This document shows positions 39,009-49,560 of a stretch of 64,000 bases of DNA, in pieces. Position 1 is the first letter of the stretch; each line of letters starts with the position of its first letter. The notes beneath the pieces were generated by a model. The model was not told the DNA's origin, searched no databases, and was given only the letters and a program-made list of their open reading frames with translations. Where the stretch lies: IMG/VR virus record IMGVR_UViG_3300010347_002030. One strand, given 5' to 3'. Position numbers and translations under genes: made by a program. The stretch is from a virus. Lineage: Duplodnaviria; Caudoviricetes.

Positions 39009-41682
39009 CATTAACTGGTGTGAACCTTATAAAGTCAAAGTCGGCACAATAGACCATTGGCGTCGAACATGGTTGATTCCCGATGATGTAACGCCAGCGT
39101 TTTTTGAATTCTGGCGTGAAATGAAATTTGAATTGCTTGCTAGAGGGTTTCGTGTTTATCCAGAAGGTGAAGGTGCTAACAAAGTATGGTATCTTTCAGA
39201 AACAAAACTTTCCAAGCTCCAGTTTGAAAAAATTGGTAATACTCGCTCACTGGAGCCCCCTCCATTGTCCGATTTTTTACTTCCTGTCTATAACATTAAA
39301 AACGATGATGGTTTGAGACCTTGGCAAACTGTTGCCGCTGGTAGAATCGTATCTGCGCTCAATGAATGGGGTGCAGCTATCGATGGTAGCGACACAGGAT
39401 GTCATGCTAAAGGACAACTTATCCTAATGGCAGATGGCACCACAAAAAAAGTTGAAGATATTGAAGTGGGTGATTTAGTCATGGGTTGGAAGGGTCCGCA
39501 AAAAGTTACGGAACTTAAACGTGGGGAGCAGCAGATGGTACGAATTATCCCCGTAAAAGGAAATTCTTTCGTTGTAAATCTAGATCATATATTAACTGTT
39601 GTGTTGACGAATGGTTGTTCTCCTACACATAAAACAACAAGCGGATATTTATATAACAGCATCGTAGATATTAAAGTACGAGATTACTTGAAACTTCCAG
39701 AAGTTACAAAACATGCAATGAAGTTGTTTAGTGTAGGGGTTGATTGGCCGAGAAAAGAACTTCCATTGTCCCCGTATTTTGTGGGTGCTTTACTTGGTGA
39801 TGGAGGATTATCTACACGTTCAACGGTGACATTTACAAATGACAACGAAGAGGTTTGGAAAGAAATAATTTCAGAATCAAATAAATTTGGATGGGTCTTA
39901 TCGAAGACAAAGGAAACCCGAACAAAAAGAATCACAAAGAGCCCCCTTCTTTTCAAGTGGCTTCGAGACAATAATTTACTTCCTATTGCATGTGAAAATA
40001 AGTTTATCCCGAACAACTATAAAACTGGAAGTAAATCACAACGATTGGAACTTTTAGCCGGACTATTAGATACTGACGGATATTATAGGAATGGGGGATA
40101 TGAATTTTGTGTAAAATCCAAAACTCTTGCAGAAGACGTAGCATTTGTTGCTAATTCTGTAGGTTTATTCGCATATACTACGTTGGTTCAAAAAACATGT
40201 CAAAACGGCATAAAAGGAACTTATTATAAAACTTCTATATCTGGAGATTGTTCAATTATTCCTTGCAAGATTCCTTATAAAATGGCAACTGCTAGGAAAC
40301 AAAAGAAAGATGTCCTTAGACGGGGATTCAAAATAGAGATTTTAGAAAAAGATAATTATTATGGGTTTTCACTGGACGGAGATGGTCGGTTTTTACTTGG
40401 AGATTTTACTGTAGTACATAATACAGGTAAAACCTATACGGCTTGTGGTGTAGCCCGTGAATTGGGTATGAAGATGGTTGTAGTTTGTCCTAAAGCCGTT
40501 ATTTCTTCGTGGAAAGAAGTTATCACAAATCATTTCCACATGGAAAAACAACTCATAGAGGTAACAAACTATGAACAACTCAAAATAGGCAGATCAGACT
40601 CAAAACTTGCCTCTTATGTGGTGCCTCGGTCCACACGGCGCAGAACATTTCAATGGAAGATTCCAAAGGATACGTTGATTATTTGGGACGAATCCCAAAA
40701 ACTCAAAAACTGGAAAACTAAAAATGCCAAAATGTCAATTCAAGCCACAAAACAAGGATATAAGCAACTTTTCTGTTCGGCTACGAATGCTACAAATCCA
40801 CTCGAACTTCGAACAGTTGGGACAGCATTGAAATTATTCAAGGGTGGTCAGGCAGCATGGTTTCAATGGCTTAGAGAGCATGGCTGTTCTAAAGGACAGT
40901 GGGGAATGGAGTTTACTTCTGACCCAAAACTTCGTCAAAAAATCTTGAAAAAACTCCATAAAGATATTTTCCTTGATCGTGGTGTTCGGTTACGTAGAGA
41001 CACTATTCCAAATTTCCCGCAGTGTGATTTGTTTGCGGTTCTCCTAGACATGGAGGAAAAGGACACAAAACAAATCAACGCCATTTATGATGAAATGGAA
41101 AAAGAACTCAAAGAACTTGAGAAACTTTCCAAACTTAACAAGATGAATCATCTTGTTGTTGAATTAAGACATCGACAACGTATCGAACTGGTTAAGGTTC
41201 CACTATTTATTGATATGATTGAAGACGCAAAAGAAGAAGGATTTTCAATCGTAGTGTTTTTGAACTTTACGGATACGATTACTGCTTTGGCTGATCGTCT
41301 CGGAATTTCTTGTATTTTTGATGGAAAAGTAGGAGATGCTGTTCGAGAGCGGAATAGACAAAGATTTCAAAACAATGAAGAACAAGTTATTCTAGTTAAT
41401 GTACAATCGGGAGGTGGTGGGTTATCATTGCATGATTTACATGGAGGTCACCCTCGTATGTCGCTTATTTCTCCGTCGCATTCGCCTGTAAATATGCGAC
41501 AGGCTATTGGACGTATTTGGAGAGATGATGCGAAAACGAAGGCTATTCAAAAGTTGGTGTGCGTTGCACATACAGTAGAAGAAAATGTTTACCATAACGT
41601 TATGAAGAAACTGAATAATTTGGATCTTCTTAACGATGGTGATTTAGCGTATTCGAAAGCATATACAGTAGTATCGAAATGA
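38998..41682 (+). CDS. Superfamily 2 helicase, intein-containing
   Basis: LRPWQ Q-motif, SDTG/TGKT Walker A, WDESQ, SAT, QAIGRIWR. Confidence 0.9.
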   Translation: MDLNINWCEPYKVKVGTIDHWRRTWLIPDDVTPAFFEFWREMKFELLARGFRVYPEGEGANKVWYLSETKLSKLQFEKIGNTRSLEPPPLSDFLLPVYNIKNDDGLRPWQTVAAGRIVSALNEWGAAIDGSDTGCHAKGQLILMADGTTKKVEDIEVGDLVMGWKGPQKVTELKRGEQQMVRIIPVKGNSFVVNLDHILTVVLTNGCSPTHKTTSGYLYNSIVDIKVRDYLKLPEVTKHAMKLFSVGVDWPRKELPLSPYFVGALLGDGGLSTRSTVTFTNDNEEVWKEIISESNKFGWVLSKTKETRTKRITKSPLLFKWLRDNNLLPIACENKFIPNNYKTGSKSQRLELLAGLLDTDGYYRNGGYEFCVKSKTLAEDVAFVANSVGLFAYTTLVQKTCQNGIKGTYYKTSISGDCSIIPCKIPYKMATARKQKKDVLRRGFKIEILEKDNYYGFSLDGDGRFLLGDFTVVHNTGKTYTACGVARELGMKMVVVCPKAVISSWKEVITNHFHMEKQLIEVTNYEQLKIGRSDSKLASYVVPRSTRRRTFQWKIPKDTLIIWDESQKLKNWKTKNAKMSIQATKQGYKQLFCSATNATNPLELRTVGTALKLFKGGQAAWFQWLREHGCSKGQWGMEFTSDPKLRQKILKKLHKDIFLDRGVRLRRDTIPNFPQCDLFAVLLDMEEKDTKQINAIYDEMEKELKELEKLSKLNKMNHLVVELRHRQRIELVKVPLFIDMIEDAKEEGFSIVVFLNFTDTITALADRLGISCIFDGKVGDAVRERNRQRFQNNEEQVILVNVQSGGGGLSLHDLHGGHPRMSLISPSHSPVNMRQAIGRIWRDDAKTKAIQKLVCVAHTVEENVYHNVMKKLNNLDLLNDGDLAYSKAYTVVSK
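39400..40422 (+). mobile_element. Intein with LAGLIDADG endonuclease in the helicase Walker A
   Basis: CHAKGQLILMADG, NLDHIL, VGALLGDGG, LAGLLDTDG, TVVHN followed by Thr. Confidence 0.93.
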
Positions 41683-41849
41683 AATTCGCCAGCCAAAAAA
41701 TTAGTGGTAAAAATTTAGTCGCCTACCGGTCTAAAGTTGAAGATAAAAGAAGACACTGGTGGGAATATTCGAGACAAATTCAGAGGTGTATGCTGAATTT
41801 TGTAAATCTCGTGCGGTTAAATCCGCTCAAAATTGTTATGGAAACAAAT

Positions 41850-42222
41850 GCCTATGCAAAAAACTATGAAGTCATCCACCAATAAAGTGGTTATTGTAAA
41901 AATAAATGGAAAGAGACATCAAATCACGGTTGACGCCGAGATTCATGATGATATCTTTATTGAAGCTGCCACTCGTGTCGTGGAGAAATACAAAAATGAT
42001 CCAACTTTCTTTCATAAAATCCGAATTATTGGGGAGTGTTATGAGAAGGTTGATGAAGATAAAGTAGAATGCCATCATCAAATCAACATGTATCATATTC
42101 TCTTGAATGCTGGCTTATTTAGTATGGCCGAACTACTGCGTGAAAAGACCAAGAATTTGCATAAGGTTGATTTGATGAAAGAACCCGCCAGAGCCAATGC
42201 CGGAAAATCAACAAATCAGTGA
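41850..42222 (+). CDS. Hypothetical protein
   Basis: Co-oriented ORF; start uncertain. Confidence 0.5.
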
Positions 42223-42889
42223 CGACAAAGAACGAATTATAGCTGTCCTCGCTCAAAAAGTTGAGGATCTTGCTAAGGAAGTTCACGAAATAAAGCAAGA
42301 AAATCTTCGGAAAGAATTACCTCCCGAAGCTATTGCCCAATTAGGAATTAGTTCTGAACCCCCGCCTCGTCTAAAACGTGGTCATGGCTATCGTCCAATA
42401 ATGAAACATGAAATCTTGGAAGCGAAGGAAGCTCTTAAGCTCAAGTTTCCAAATGGATTTAATGAAGCCATGGTCGCACGTCATATGCGACTCACCTATC
42501 AAACATATAAAAAGTATGCGAAGATGCATGGGGTTTGGTCTCCCAGTCCAAATATCAAGGGTAAGAAGAATATATTTGATCCGGAGCGAGGTAAGTATCC
42601 TTTGAGTGAAATTCTTCAAGGAAAGCATCCGAACTACTCAGTATTTCGTATCAAGGACAAGCTTATCCGAAGTGGCATTAAAAAAGAAGAATGTGAACGG
42701 TGTGGATGGCACGAAAGAAGTCTTTTGACTGGTAAAGTTCCTTTGTTACTTAATTTCATGGACGAGAATCATAAAAACCATGCTTTGGAAAACATGAAAC
42801 TCTATTGTGTCAATTGTACACTCGTTTGTGGCCGGGGCTATTTTAGAAGCGGGAGGAAGTATTTAGACCCAGATTGGTTGCAAGAGTGA
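42197..42889 (+). CDS. HNH-like Zn-finger protein
   Basis: CERCG...LLLNFMDENHKNHALENMKLYCVNC. Confidence 0.65.
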   Translation: MPENQQISDDKERIIAVLAQKVEDLAKEVHEIKQENLRKELPPEAIAQLGISSEPPPRLKRGHGYRPIMKHEILEAKEALKLKFPNGFNEAMVARHMRLTYQTYKKYAKMHGVWSPSPNIKGKKNIFDPERGKYPLSEILQGKHPNYSVFRIKDKLIRSGIKKEECERCGWHERSLLTGKVPLLLNFMDENHKNHALENMKLYCVNCTLVCGRGYFRSGRKYLDPDWLQE

Positions 42890-42900
42890 TATTTATGGAT

Positions 42901-43335
42901 ATGAACGAGCAACCCATGCATATTTTGACAAAGGCAGGCATCCTCGCTTCTTTTTCTATTTCGAAGAAGATTACCGAGGATGAAATCAATGCCATGTTGA
43001 AAGATGCTAAGAACAAAGGAAAGTCGGAAGATGAAATTTTGACACGGGTCAAGACTAAAATAATGAAAGAAATCATAGATGCAACACATAAAGGAACTCT
43101 TCCCGGCATTATTTTAGAAAAATCAAAACAACAGATTATTCCATTACAAACTGTGGAATCCCTTAATCATATGGTTCTCTTCTTATCTCAAAAGATGAAA
43201 TCAAAGAAATTCGATAAGATGTCACTGTGTTATTTTATCAATTACTTGGTTGCTAATTTAGGATTGAAAGAAGAGGATTTTGAAGAATTCCACAGGCGGG
43301 TTCAAGAAATTCGTGGAGAGGACGAAGACGAATAA
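42901..43335 (+). CDS. Hypothetical protein
   Basis: TATTTATG motif upstream. Confidence 0.55.
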   Translation: MNEQPMHILTKAGILASFSISKKITEDEINAMLKDAKNKGKSEDEILTRVKTKIMKEIIDATHKGTLPGIILEKSKQQIIPLQTVESLNHMVLFLSQKMKSKKFDKMSLCYFINYLVANLGLKEEDFEEFHRRVQEIRGEDEDE

Positions 43336-43382
43336 AATAAGTTGTATCCTTCCAAGAAAAATGTTAATGTTTTTATCAAGTT

Positions 43383-44495
43383 ATGCAAATAATGAGTGCC
43401 ACCGATGTTAAGTCAAAGTTGAATCGTTCCGAGCCGACGGTTTTTGTTACGGGTGTATCTGGACAAGATGGAAGTCTGATGGTGGACTATCTTCTTAAGA
43501 CTACGACCTACAATATTGTGGGTGGTGCTAGACGACTGGCGGTTCATAACCACGTTAATATCAATCACTTAAAGGGAAATCCCCGTTTCACATTGGTCAA
43601 CTTTGATCTGACTGACACACATTCGATTGATAAGCTGATATTGGAAATACGACCGGATTTTTTCATCAATCTTGCCGCTCAAACGTTTGTTAAATCGTCG
43701 TGGGATTTTCCTGTTCAAACGTGGGAATGCAATACCACCGGAGTCCTTCACATTCTTGAAGCCCTGCGTCACCACCAACCAAAGTGTAGGTTTTACAATG
43801 CTGGAAGCTCAGAAGAATTTGGTAATGTAGAATATTCCCCACAGGATGAGAAACATCCTATGCGTCCTCGTTCCCCGTATGGCGCAAGTAAAGCGGCTGC
43901 ACGTCAATTGGTCAAAGTATATCGTGAGTCCTATAACCTTTTTGCTATTCAAGCATGGCTTTTTAATCATGAAGGGACTCGTCGTGGAAAAGAGTTTGTC
44001 ACACGAAAGATTTCCTCGAAAGTTGTCGAATTATACAAGGCAATACAGAGCCGAACAAAAGATCCAATTATTCCCCTTGAACTTGGCAATCTTGATGCAT
44101 TAAGAGATTGGTCAGATGCCGAGGATATGGTTCAAGCCATTTGGATGATGCTGAACAATACAGAACCCAAGGAGTATGTTGTTTCCAGTGGAGAAAGTCA
44201 TTGTATTCGTGAGTTTGTGGAATTGGCGTTTGAAGAAGTGGGAATCAAAGGAAAGTGGGTTGGTAATGGAATGGATGAGACCTATCAATATGTTAGTGGT
44301 CCGGTTCCTTCGGATACCATTGAAGGTACTCTGGTAAGAATCAATCCGGCGTTTTATCGTCCTGCCGAAGTTGAACATCTTTGCGGTAATAGCAGTAAGA
44401 TTCGAGAGGAACTCGGTTGGTCTCCAAAAACAGATTTTGCCCACTTGGTTTCTAAAATGGTAGCCCATGATATGCATCTAGCTGGAATGGATTAA
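43383..44495 (+). CDS. gmd: GDP-mannose 4,6-dehydratase
   Basis: TGVSGQDGS, NLAAQTFV, SPYGASK, FNHEG, FVTRKI, GNLDALRDW, YRPAEV. Confidence 0.95.
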   Translation: MQIMSATDVKSKLNRSEPTVFVTGVSGQDGSLMVDYLLKTTTYNIVGGARRLAVHNHVNINHLKGNPRFTLVNFDLTDTHSIDKLILEIRPDFFINLAAQTFVKSSWDFPVQTWECNTTGVLHILEALRHHQPKCRFYNAGSSEEFGNVEYSPQDEKHPMRPRSPYGASKAAARQLVKVYRESYNLFAIQAWLFNHEGTRRGKEFVTRKISSKVVELYKAIQSRTKDPIIPLELGNLDALRDWSDAEDMVQAIWMMLNNTEPKEYVVSSGESHCIREFVELAFEEVGIKGKWVGNGMDETYQYVSGPVPSDTIEGTLVRINPAFYRPAEVEHLCGNSSKIREELGWSPKTDFAHLVSKMVAHDMHLAGMD

Positions 44496-44608
44496 AATTT
44501 GCACGTCAAGGTAAATAAAAAAGTGGAAAAGCGGAATTTTCTCTATGTATCTAATGAACTCGAAATCCCCGGTATGAGGGGCTTTCATAAAATAGAAAGG
44601 TTAGAATT

Positions 44609-45283
44609 ATGAAAAAAGGTCTTACGGAGATCATCTTTATTGTGGACCGTTCCGGTTCCATGGAATCCATTAGAGATGATATGATTGGTGGATTCAACGC
44701 CTTCATCGAAGAACAACTCAAAGTCCCAACAGAATGCAAAGTTTCCTTTTATCAATTTGACACTCACGATCCAAAAGTTGAAACGGTGTATGAACAGAAA
44801 GACCTTAGAGAGGTTCCAAAACTCAATCGAGAAATATTTGTTCCTCGTGGGGGTACCCCCCTCTTGGATGCTGTCGCTATAGTCGTTAAGAAAGTTGGCG
44901 AACGGCTATCTAAGACCGAAGAAGACCAAAGACCCGAAAAGGTTTTGGTTGTGGTTATTACCGACGGGGAAGAGAATTCTTCCACAGAATGGAATAGCGA
45001 TCAGGTTAAACAAATGATCCAGCACCAAGAAGAAAAGTACAAGTGGGAATTTGTTTATCTTGGAGCCAATCAGGATGCTTGGGCAGTTGGTGGAAACCTT
45101 GGATTCAAATCATCGTCCACGTTAGCTTATGTTGCTAGTGCAGGTGGAACTGATTCGATGTGGAAATCACTTAGCGATAAAACTATCAAATATCGTTGTT
45201 GTGCTGCTTCGGAAATGAGCAAAGGTATTTCTTTTGACGAAGAAGATAAAGAAGCTCAAATCCAGCAAGGGTATAAGATTTAG
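44609..45283 (+). CDS. von Willebrand factor A domain protein
   Basis: DRSGSM MIDAS, GGTPLLDA, ITDGEENSS, YLGANQDA. Confidence 0.9.
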   Translation: MKKGLTEIIFIVDRSGSMESIRDDMIGGFNAFIEEQLKVPTECKVSFYQFDTHDPKVETVYEQKDLREVPKLNREIFVPRGGTPLLDAVAIVVKKVGERLSKTEEDQRPEKVLVVVITDGEENSSTEWNSDQVKQMIQHQEEKYKWEFVYLGANQDAWAVGGNLGFKSSSTLAYVASAGGTDSMWKSLSDKTIKYRCCAASEMSKGISFDEEDKEAQIQQGYKI

Positions 45284-45307
45284 ACAGTAGGATACGGAAT
45301 CAGTACC

Positions 45308-45344
45308 AAAAGAGAGCCCCGGTGAAAACCGGGGCTCTTTGTTT
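45308..45344. terminator. Bidirectional intrinsic terminator between convergent genes
   Basis: AAAAGAGAGCCCCGGT-gaaa-ACCGGGGCTCTTTGTTT. Confidence 0.85.
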
Positions 45345-45981
45345 AATCTTCGTCAATTTCTTTTAAGAAAAGACGCCAATCTGGGTGTTTTGCCTCCCGA
45401 ATCAAAAGCGTTCTCGGAATCGGTTTTGGCTTGACAGGCTTCCTAATAAGTCTTAGTCCGGCTTCCTTGATCGTCTTGTCGCCTTTCAGGGAGTTAATTT
45501 CCTTACAGGCGTAAACAAGATTTTCCCAAGTGTTCGAACCACCACGAGATTTCGGTAAAATGTGGTCAAGCGATCCCTCTCCACGTTTCAACTTTCTACC
45601 AGTGTACTGACAGATGTTACCGTCTCGGATACGGATCTGTTCGGCAGATGGAATATCACTGAACCTCACTTCCGGCACCTTCGTGTAGTTCTTAGCAATC
45701 ATTACGGTTGGAACACGAATCTCCATTTTGACTGTCCGGATGGAAAAATCCCAAGGTCGAACTGGAAGAGTGATCCACTCTTCCCATGTTACTGGACGGA
45801 TGTTTGGTGCCTTAGACGTGTCGGGTTTGCCGTCTTCTGTGACAGCATAATCGATGTCCAAAGCATAGCTGTTCTTACCAGCCGCCAAGTCGATGAGAGC
45901 ATCACCAACAATAGCGGTGTCAACAACCACCCAGTACTTGTTCAATTTTAATACCAACAGTTTGTTTTCAATACCCTGCAT
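45343..45981 (-). CDS. HNH endonuclease (McrA-like)
   Basis: RDGNICQYTG, SLDHILPKSRGG, WENLVYAC..NSLKG. Confidence 0.9.
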   Translation of the reverse strand: MQGIENKLLVLKLNKYWVVVDTAIVGDALIDLAAGKNSYALDIDYAVTEDGKPDTSKAPNIRPVTWEEWITLPVRPWDFSIRTVKMEIRVPTVMIAKNYTKVPEVRFSDIPSAEQIRIRDGNICQYTGRKLKRGEGSLDHILPKSRGGSNTWENLVYACKEINSLKGDKTIKEAGLRLIRKPVKPKPIPRTLLIREAKHPDWRLFLKEIDED

Positions 45982-46047
45982 AACGTTCCTTTCTAGTAGG
46001 GTAGGATTATTGTATTCATTCCATATAAAAAGTCAAGCGGAAAAAGT

Positions 46048-46608
46048 TTAGTCTCCCCATACTTTATCTACCAATCCCCATTCCTTTGCCTGTTTGGCAT
46101 CGAAATATCGGTCTCCGATCTTTTCGCACTGGGCTTTCCAGAAATCGATAGATTTTTTAGTATGTTTCGCTATAAGGGTATTCCATCGTTCTTCTAGAAC
46201 TTTCCAATGTTCGAGGTCGTTTTTTACTTCGTCAACCTTTCCTCCGATGTCGCCATGAGCTTGGTGGACCATAAAAAAGGTGTTCGGTGCTGCCATTCGA
46301 TATCCTTTCCTCCCGCAAGCAACAAGAAGCGGGGCTGCGGACATACATTTTCCAATAGCTACTGTATGAATAGGTGATTTCAATGTTTGAATGACATCAT
46401 ACAACGCAAACATGTCGTATTCACATCCACCATAAGATCCAACATGAAGTTGAATGGGTTTTTTAGATTCAGAATCCATCCAATACATTGCCTTAATAAC
46501 AAGACCAATTGGCATATTATCAACGTCGTCGAATAAAAAAATGCGGCGGTTTGGCCTATCAACGCCATACATCAAAAGCGAATCTATCCACTCAATGTTT
46601 TGTTTCAT
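46048..46608 (-). CDS. clpP: ClpP-like protease
   Basis: RRIFL, SYGG, GKCMSAA (Ser), MVHQ (His), DRYFDAKQAKEWGLVD. Confidence 0.88.
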   Translation of the reverse strand: MKQNIEWIDSLLMYGVDRPNRRIFLFDDVDNMPIGLVIKAMYWMDSESKKPIQLHVGSYGGCEYDMFALYDVIQTLKSPIHTVAIGKCMSAAPLLVACGRKGYRMAAPNTFFMVHQAHGDIGGKVDEVKNDLEHWKVLEERWNTLIAKHTKKSIDFWKAQCEKIGDRYFDAKQAKEWGLVDKVWGD

Positions 46609-46654
46609 GGACATAAATATCCTGTTGTGAGTCTTCTAGAGATATTTATTATAG

Positions 46655-46993
46655 ATGAATACAGATATTTTAATCATATCCGATTCACTTGTGGAGCCTC
46701 CTTCTGAATCTTTTGCATTTCGTACCGTAACAATGCTTTGTCATGAAAATCTTGGTATGAACATACTTCTCCACACAACCCAAGACATGAAGGACTTATT
46801 TTATCATTGGATGAAACCTCGGGGTCTCATGGATTATATTGATTATATTCTCAATGAAAAAGAGTTTGAATATGGGATTAGGCTGGATACTGTTGGATTT
46901 TACCCCAATACAATTGTTCTTCAATATATCAGGCTTGAGAATCAATTGCAAATAATTGGTCGAATACAGATGTTTTTGCCTGATTCTTTTTGA
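46655..46993 (+). CDS. Hypothetical protein
   Basis: TATTTATT motif directly upstream. Confidence 0.55.
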   Translation: MNTDILIISDSLVEPPSESFAFRTVTMLCHENLGMNILLHTTQDMKDLFYHWMKPRGLMDYIDYILNEKEFEYGIRLDTVGFYPNTIVLQYIRLENQLQIIGRIQMFLPDSF

Positions 46994-47203
46994 TTCTCCA
47001 CCCGTGTTCAATACTATCCAACTCAAATGCATTTAGAAGTCGAATCTCTTCATCGCACATGCAGGTAAATCTGTAGATTCCCCGGTGAACTTTAAGAGCC
47101 TTATTACAGATTGAACATTTGACTTCAAAATATAATGACATAATCTCTGAGCTTACATATTTTACCCAGAGAATGGAGTCGATGAAACTCCGTTACGTTT
47201 CTG

Positions 47204-48022
47204 TTACAAATCGTCTTTATAGTTGAAAACTCGCAGGTGTTCACCATCCCAAATTCCCCAATGCATGTTTTTGTAAACATCCAAATCGATGTTTAAGGAT
47301 TGGTTGATGTCATTGTAATTTTCTGGAGTGGGCATCCACAAGTTACATGGATGATAGGTCACGTATGAAATTTCTTGGAGGTAACACCATTTAGCAAACC
47401 CAAACCCCTGTGCCGTATGGCCGAAAATTTGGTTCAATCCTTTAATGGGATAAAACTCTCTTTCGAAATCACACCACGTTAAACCACCCGCTTTCTGCAT
47501 TCCTCCACGAGAATGACCAGCATGGGTTACCCAACTATCCCGTCGAAATGCTTTTCGACATTCTTCGTCTAGATATCCCTCCAATGCCTTAAAAAAGACG
47601 GGTCGGTCGGTATGAAGGTCGGCTATAGCTTTCGGAAGGTGAAACTTATGCAGCCCACCGTGAGATAGCAACCATTTTCCATCGAGAATATGGAAGAATT
47701 TGAATGCATCCCAGACTTTAGTGTTTTCATAACGATCTCGGATGATAAAATACTTCCATTGGTTATAGCCGCTACATTGTAGATGGGATTCAGCACGAGC
47801 ATAATGAAGGTCGTGGTTACCCCACAAAAAAATTCTATTTGGCTTTTTGGTCTCAGCTTCCAACCAATCAGCCATTTCACCAATTACCTGTGGATTATCT
47901 CCGTGGTCATCAAAGAAATCTCCAAGAAAAATAATTTGGTCGGCTTTTATAGACTCAATAATCCTTTGAGCATGTTGCCATCTCAAATGAAGATCGGGTA
48001 AAATGAGTGTAATTTTCATCAC
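47204..48022 (-). CDS. Calcineurin-like metallophosphoesterase
   Basis: PDLH, LGDFFD, GNHD, SHGG, FGHT. Confidence 0.9.
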   Translation of the reverse strand: MMKITLILPDLHLRWQHAQRIIESIKADQIIFLGDFFDDHGDNPQVIGEMADWLEAETKKPNRIFLWGNHDLHYARAESHLQCSGYNQWKYFIIRDRYENTKVWDAFKFFHILDGKWLLSHGGLHKFHLPKAIADLHTDRPVFFKALEGYLDEECRKAFRRDSWVTHAGHSRGGMQKAGGLTWCDFEREFYPIKGLNQIFGHTAQGFGFAKWCYLQEISYVTYHPCNLWMPTPENYNDINQSLNIDLDVYKNMHWGIWDGEHLRVFNYKDDL

Positions 48023-48025
48023 ATC

Positions 48026-48054
48026 ATTATACCCGATTTGAATCTAAATGTCAA
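48026..48054 (-). promoter_or_regulatory. Consensus sigma70 promoter
   Basis: TTGACA-17-TATAAT immediately ahead of the phosphoesterase start. Confidence 0.8.
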
Positions 48055-48061
48055 GACCTTA

Positions 48062-48569
48062 TCAGGTCTTGATTACGTAGGTATTCAAAAACAATTTCCG
48101 TTTAACAATCCAGACATCTGTTGGGTCTGTTTGATTTTGGCAAATGAAGTCTCCACTCTCACCACTTTGGACGTTTTTTTTTTCATTTCCCACCGTTGCT
48201 CCCCATTGACCGATAATAGTAAAGATCTTGCGATTTAATTCATCCGGAGAACAGGCGGAGTCTGGAACTTCCCAACAATTCACAGCATTGTCCGGAAGAA
48301 GGTTCACATTCCATCCAGCCGTCTTTGTCAATCCCTTTTACGGAATATTTTTGGAGAAGCTTTTTTGGCATTTGTTGCCACGCATCTCCTGCTTCCCCGA
48401 TACAGATAACTACGCCATCACCAAGAGGTTCGTGTCCTTCAAGAGTATCCACAAGAAACTTGCTTGTTACAGACTTATCAACAATAAGACTAACAAGAGG
48501 TTTCGCCTTGATAGGACGAGTTTTACTGGCAATTTTCCAGTTTGTTATTTTTGTAGTATCAATCCTCAC
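48062..48569 (-). pseudogene. PGDYG-like two-repeat protein with a 1-nt frameshift
   Basis: TLEG..GDGVVICIGEAGDAW in ORF 48240-48620 and GESGDFI...DVWIV..LF..TY in ORF 48062-48331; removing one T near 48299 gives continuous ECEPLPDNAV. Confidence 0.6.
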
Positions 48570-48928
48570 TAACGTACTTGGTCTAAAGTTATGATTCGAC
48601 TCTGTTCCTTCTTGATCCAACCCAATGCTTCCATTTGTTCTGGGTCAAGTACATCCATAGTTTCTTCTGTGGACATAACAATAAACGCCAAATTCTTTTC
48701 TTGAATCTTTTCACGGAGAGGACGAAGTGCCATAGCAATTTGTTGAGTTGCCGCAATTCGTTGTTGCATTCCTTCTGGGGCAATTTTTATGACAACCACG
48801 GAGTTGGGCTTGACAGTCTCAAAATCAATTACTACTACCCCCGTTGCCGACGGAAGGTCCACTTTAGTAGGTACTGGTTCTGGAATAACGGATTGGGGCA
48901 CTAAAGGTTTATTTTCTTGTTCTGTCAT
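48569..48928 (-). CDS. Hypothetical protein
   Basis: 119-aa co-oriented ORF. Confidence 0.6.
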   Translation of the reverse strand: MTEQENKPLVPQSVIPEPVPTKVDLPSATGVVVIDFETVKPNSVVVIKIAPEGMQQRIAATQQIAMALRPLREKIQEKNLAFIVMSTEETMDVLDPEQMEALGWIKKEQSRIITLDQVR

Positions 48929-49049
48929 ATGTTATTGTTCTTTTTGTTTTGAGGCTTTAGGTTTCTTAGGCCCCATCGATTTTGGAAAATTTTTGTACCA
49001 GTTGCGATAGTTGTATCCCACAATTGGTCTCATGCCTTTCCCGGCATTT

Positions 49050-49511
49050 TTATTGTAAGGAGTTTCGGATGATGACTTCATCGAATTCTGGTGGTTCTGG
49101 TTTTTGATAGTTGCTTAACATTTTGTCAATCACAGAAATAGGCACATTACGGCCACCGGAAGCAGCACGTTTTGCATTCTGTTTGAGAATGGTTTCCCTA
49201 GGAATATCGAATACAACAGCCTTCAAAAAAGCACCCCGATCACGGGCAATCTTGACGAAATCCTCACGGGATTTCCGTGACATGAAAGTTGCGTCAACAA
49301 CGACGTTTTCACCACGGTTGAGTGCCATTGTCATTTCTGTTTTTAACAGAGCAAAGGCAAGGGCAGACGCTTGCTGATCATCCTCTCCCCTTCCAACACG
49401 GGCTCGGTTGCGGTCAGACGAGAGATACGTGTATCCATTGTCTTTGGCAAACTTCTCACCCCATGTTGACTTTCCGCTACCGGGAGCACCAACAAGAAGT
49501 ATCGCTATCAT
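49050..49511 (-). CDS. P-loop kinase (AAA_33, polynucleotide kinase-like)
   Basis: GAPGSGKST, SSD..R, VVVDAT, NAKR...RNVP. Confidence 0.85.
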   Translation of the reverse strand: MIAILLVGAPGSGKSTWGEKFAKDNGYTYLSSDRNRARVGRGEDDQQASALAFALLKTEMTMALNRGENVVVDATFMSRKSREDFVKIARDRGAFLKAVVFDIPRETILKQNAKRAASGGRNVPISVIDKMLSNYQKPEPPEFDEVIIRNSLQ

Positions 49512-49560
49512 ACATTCGTAATCTATCAGATTTCTCCAGTCCTGTCAAGTTCATTGTTCA

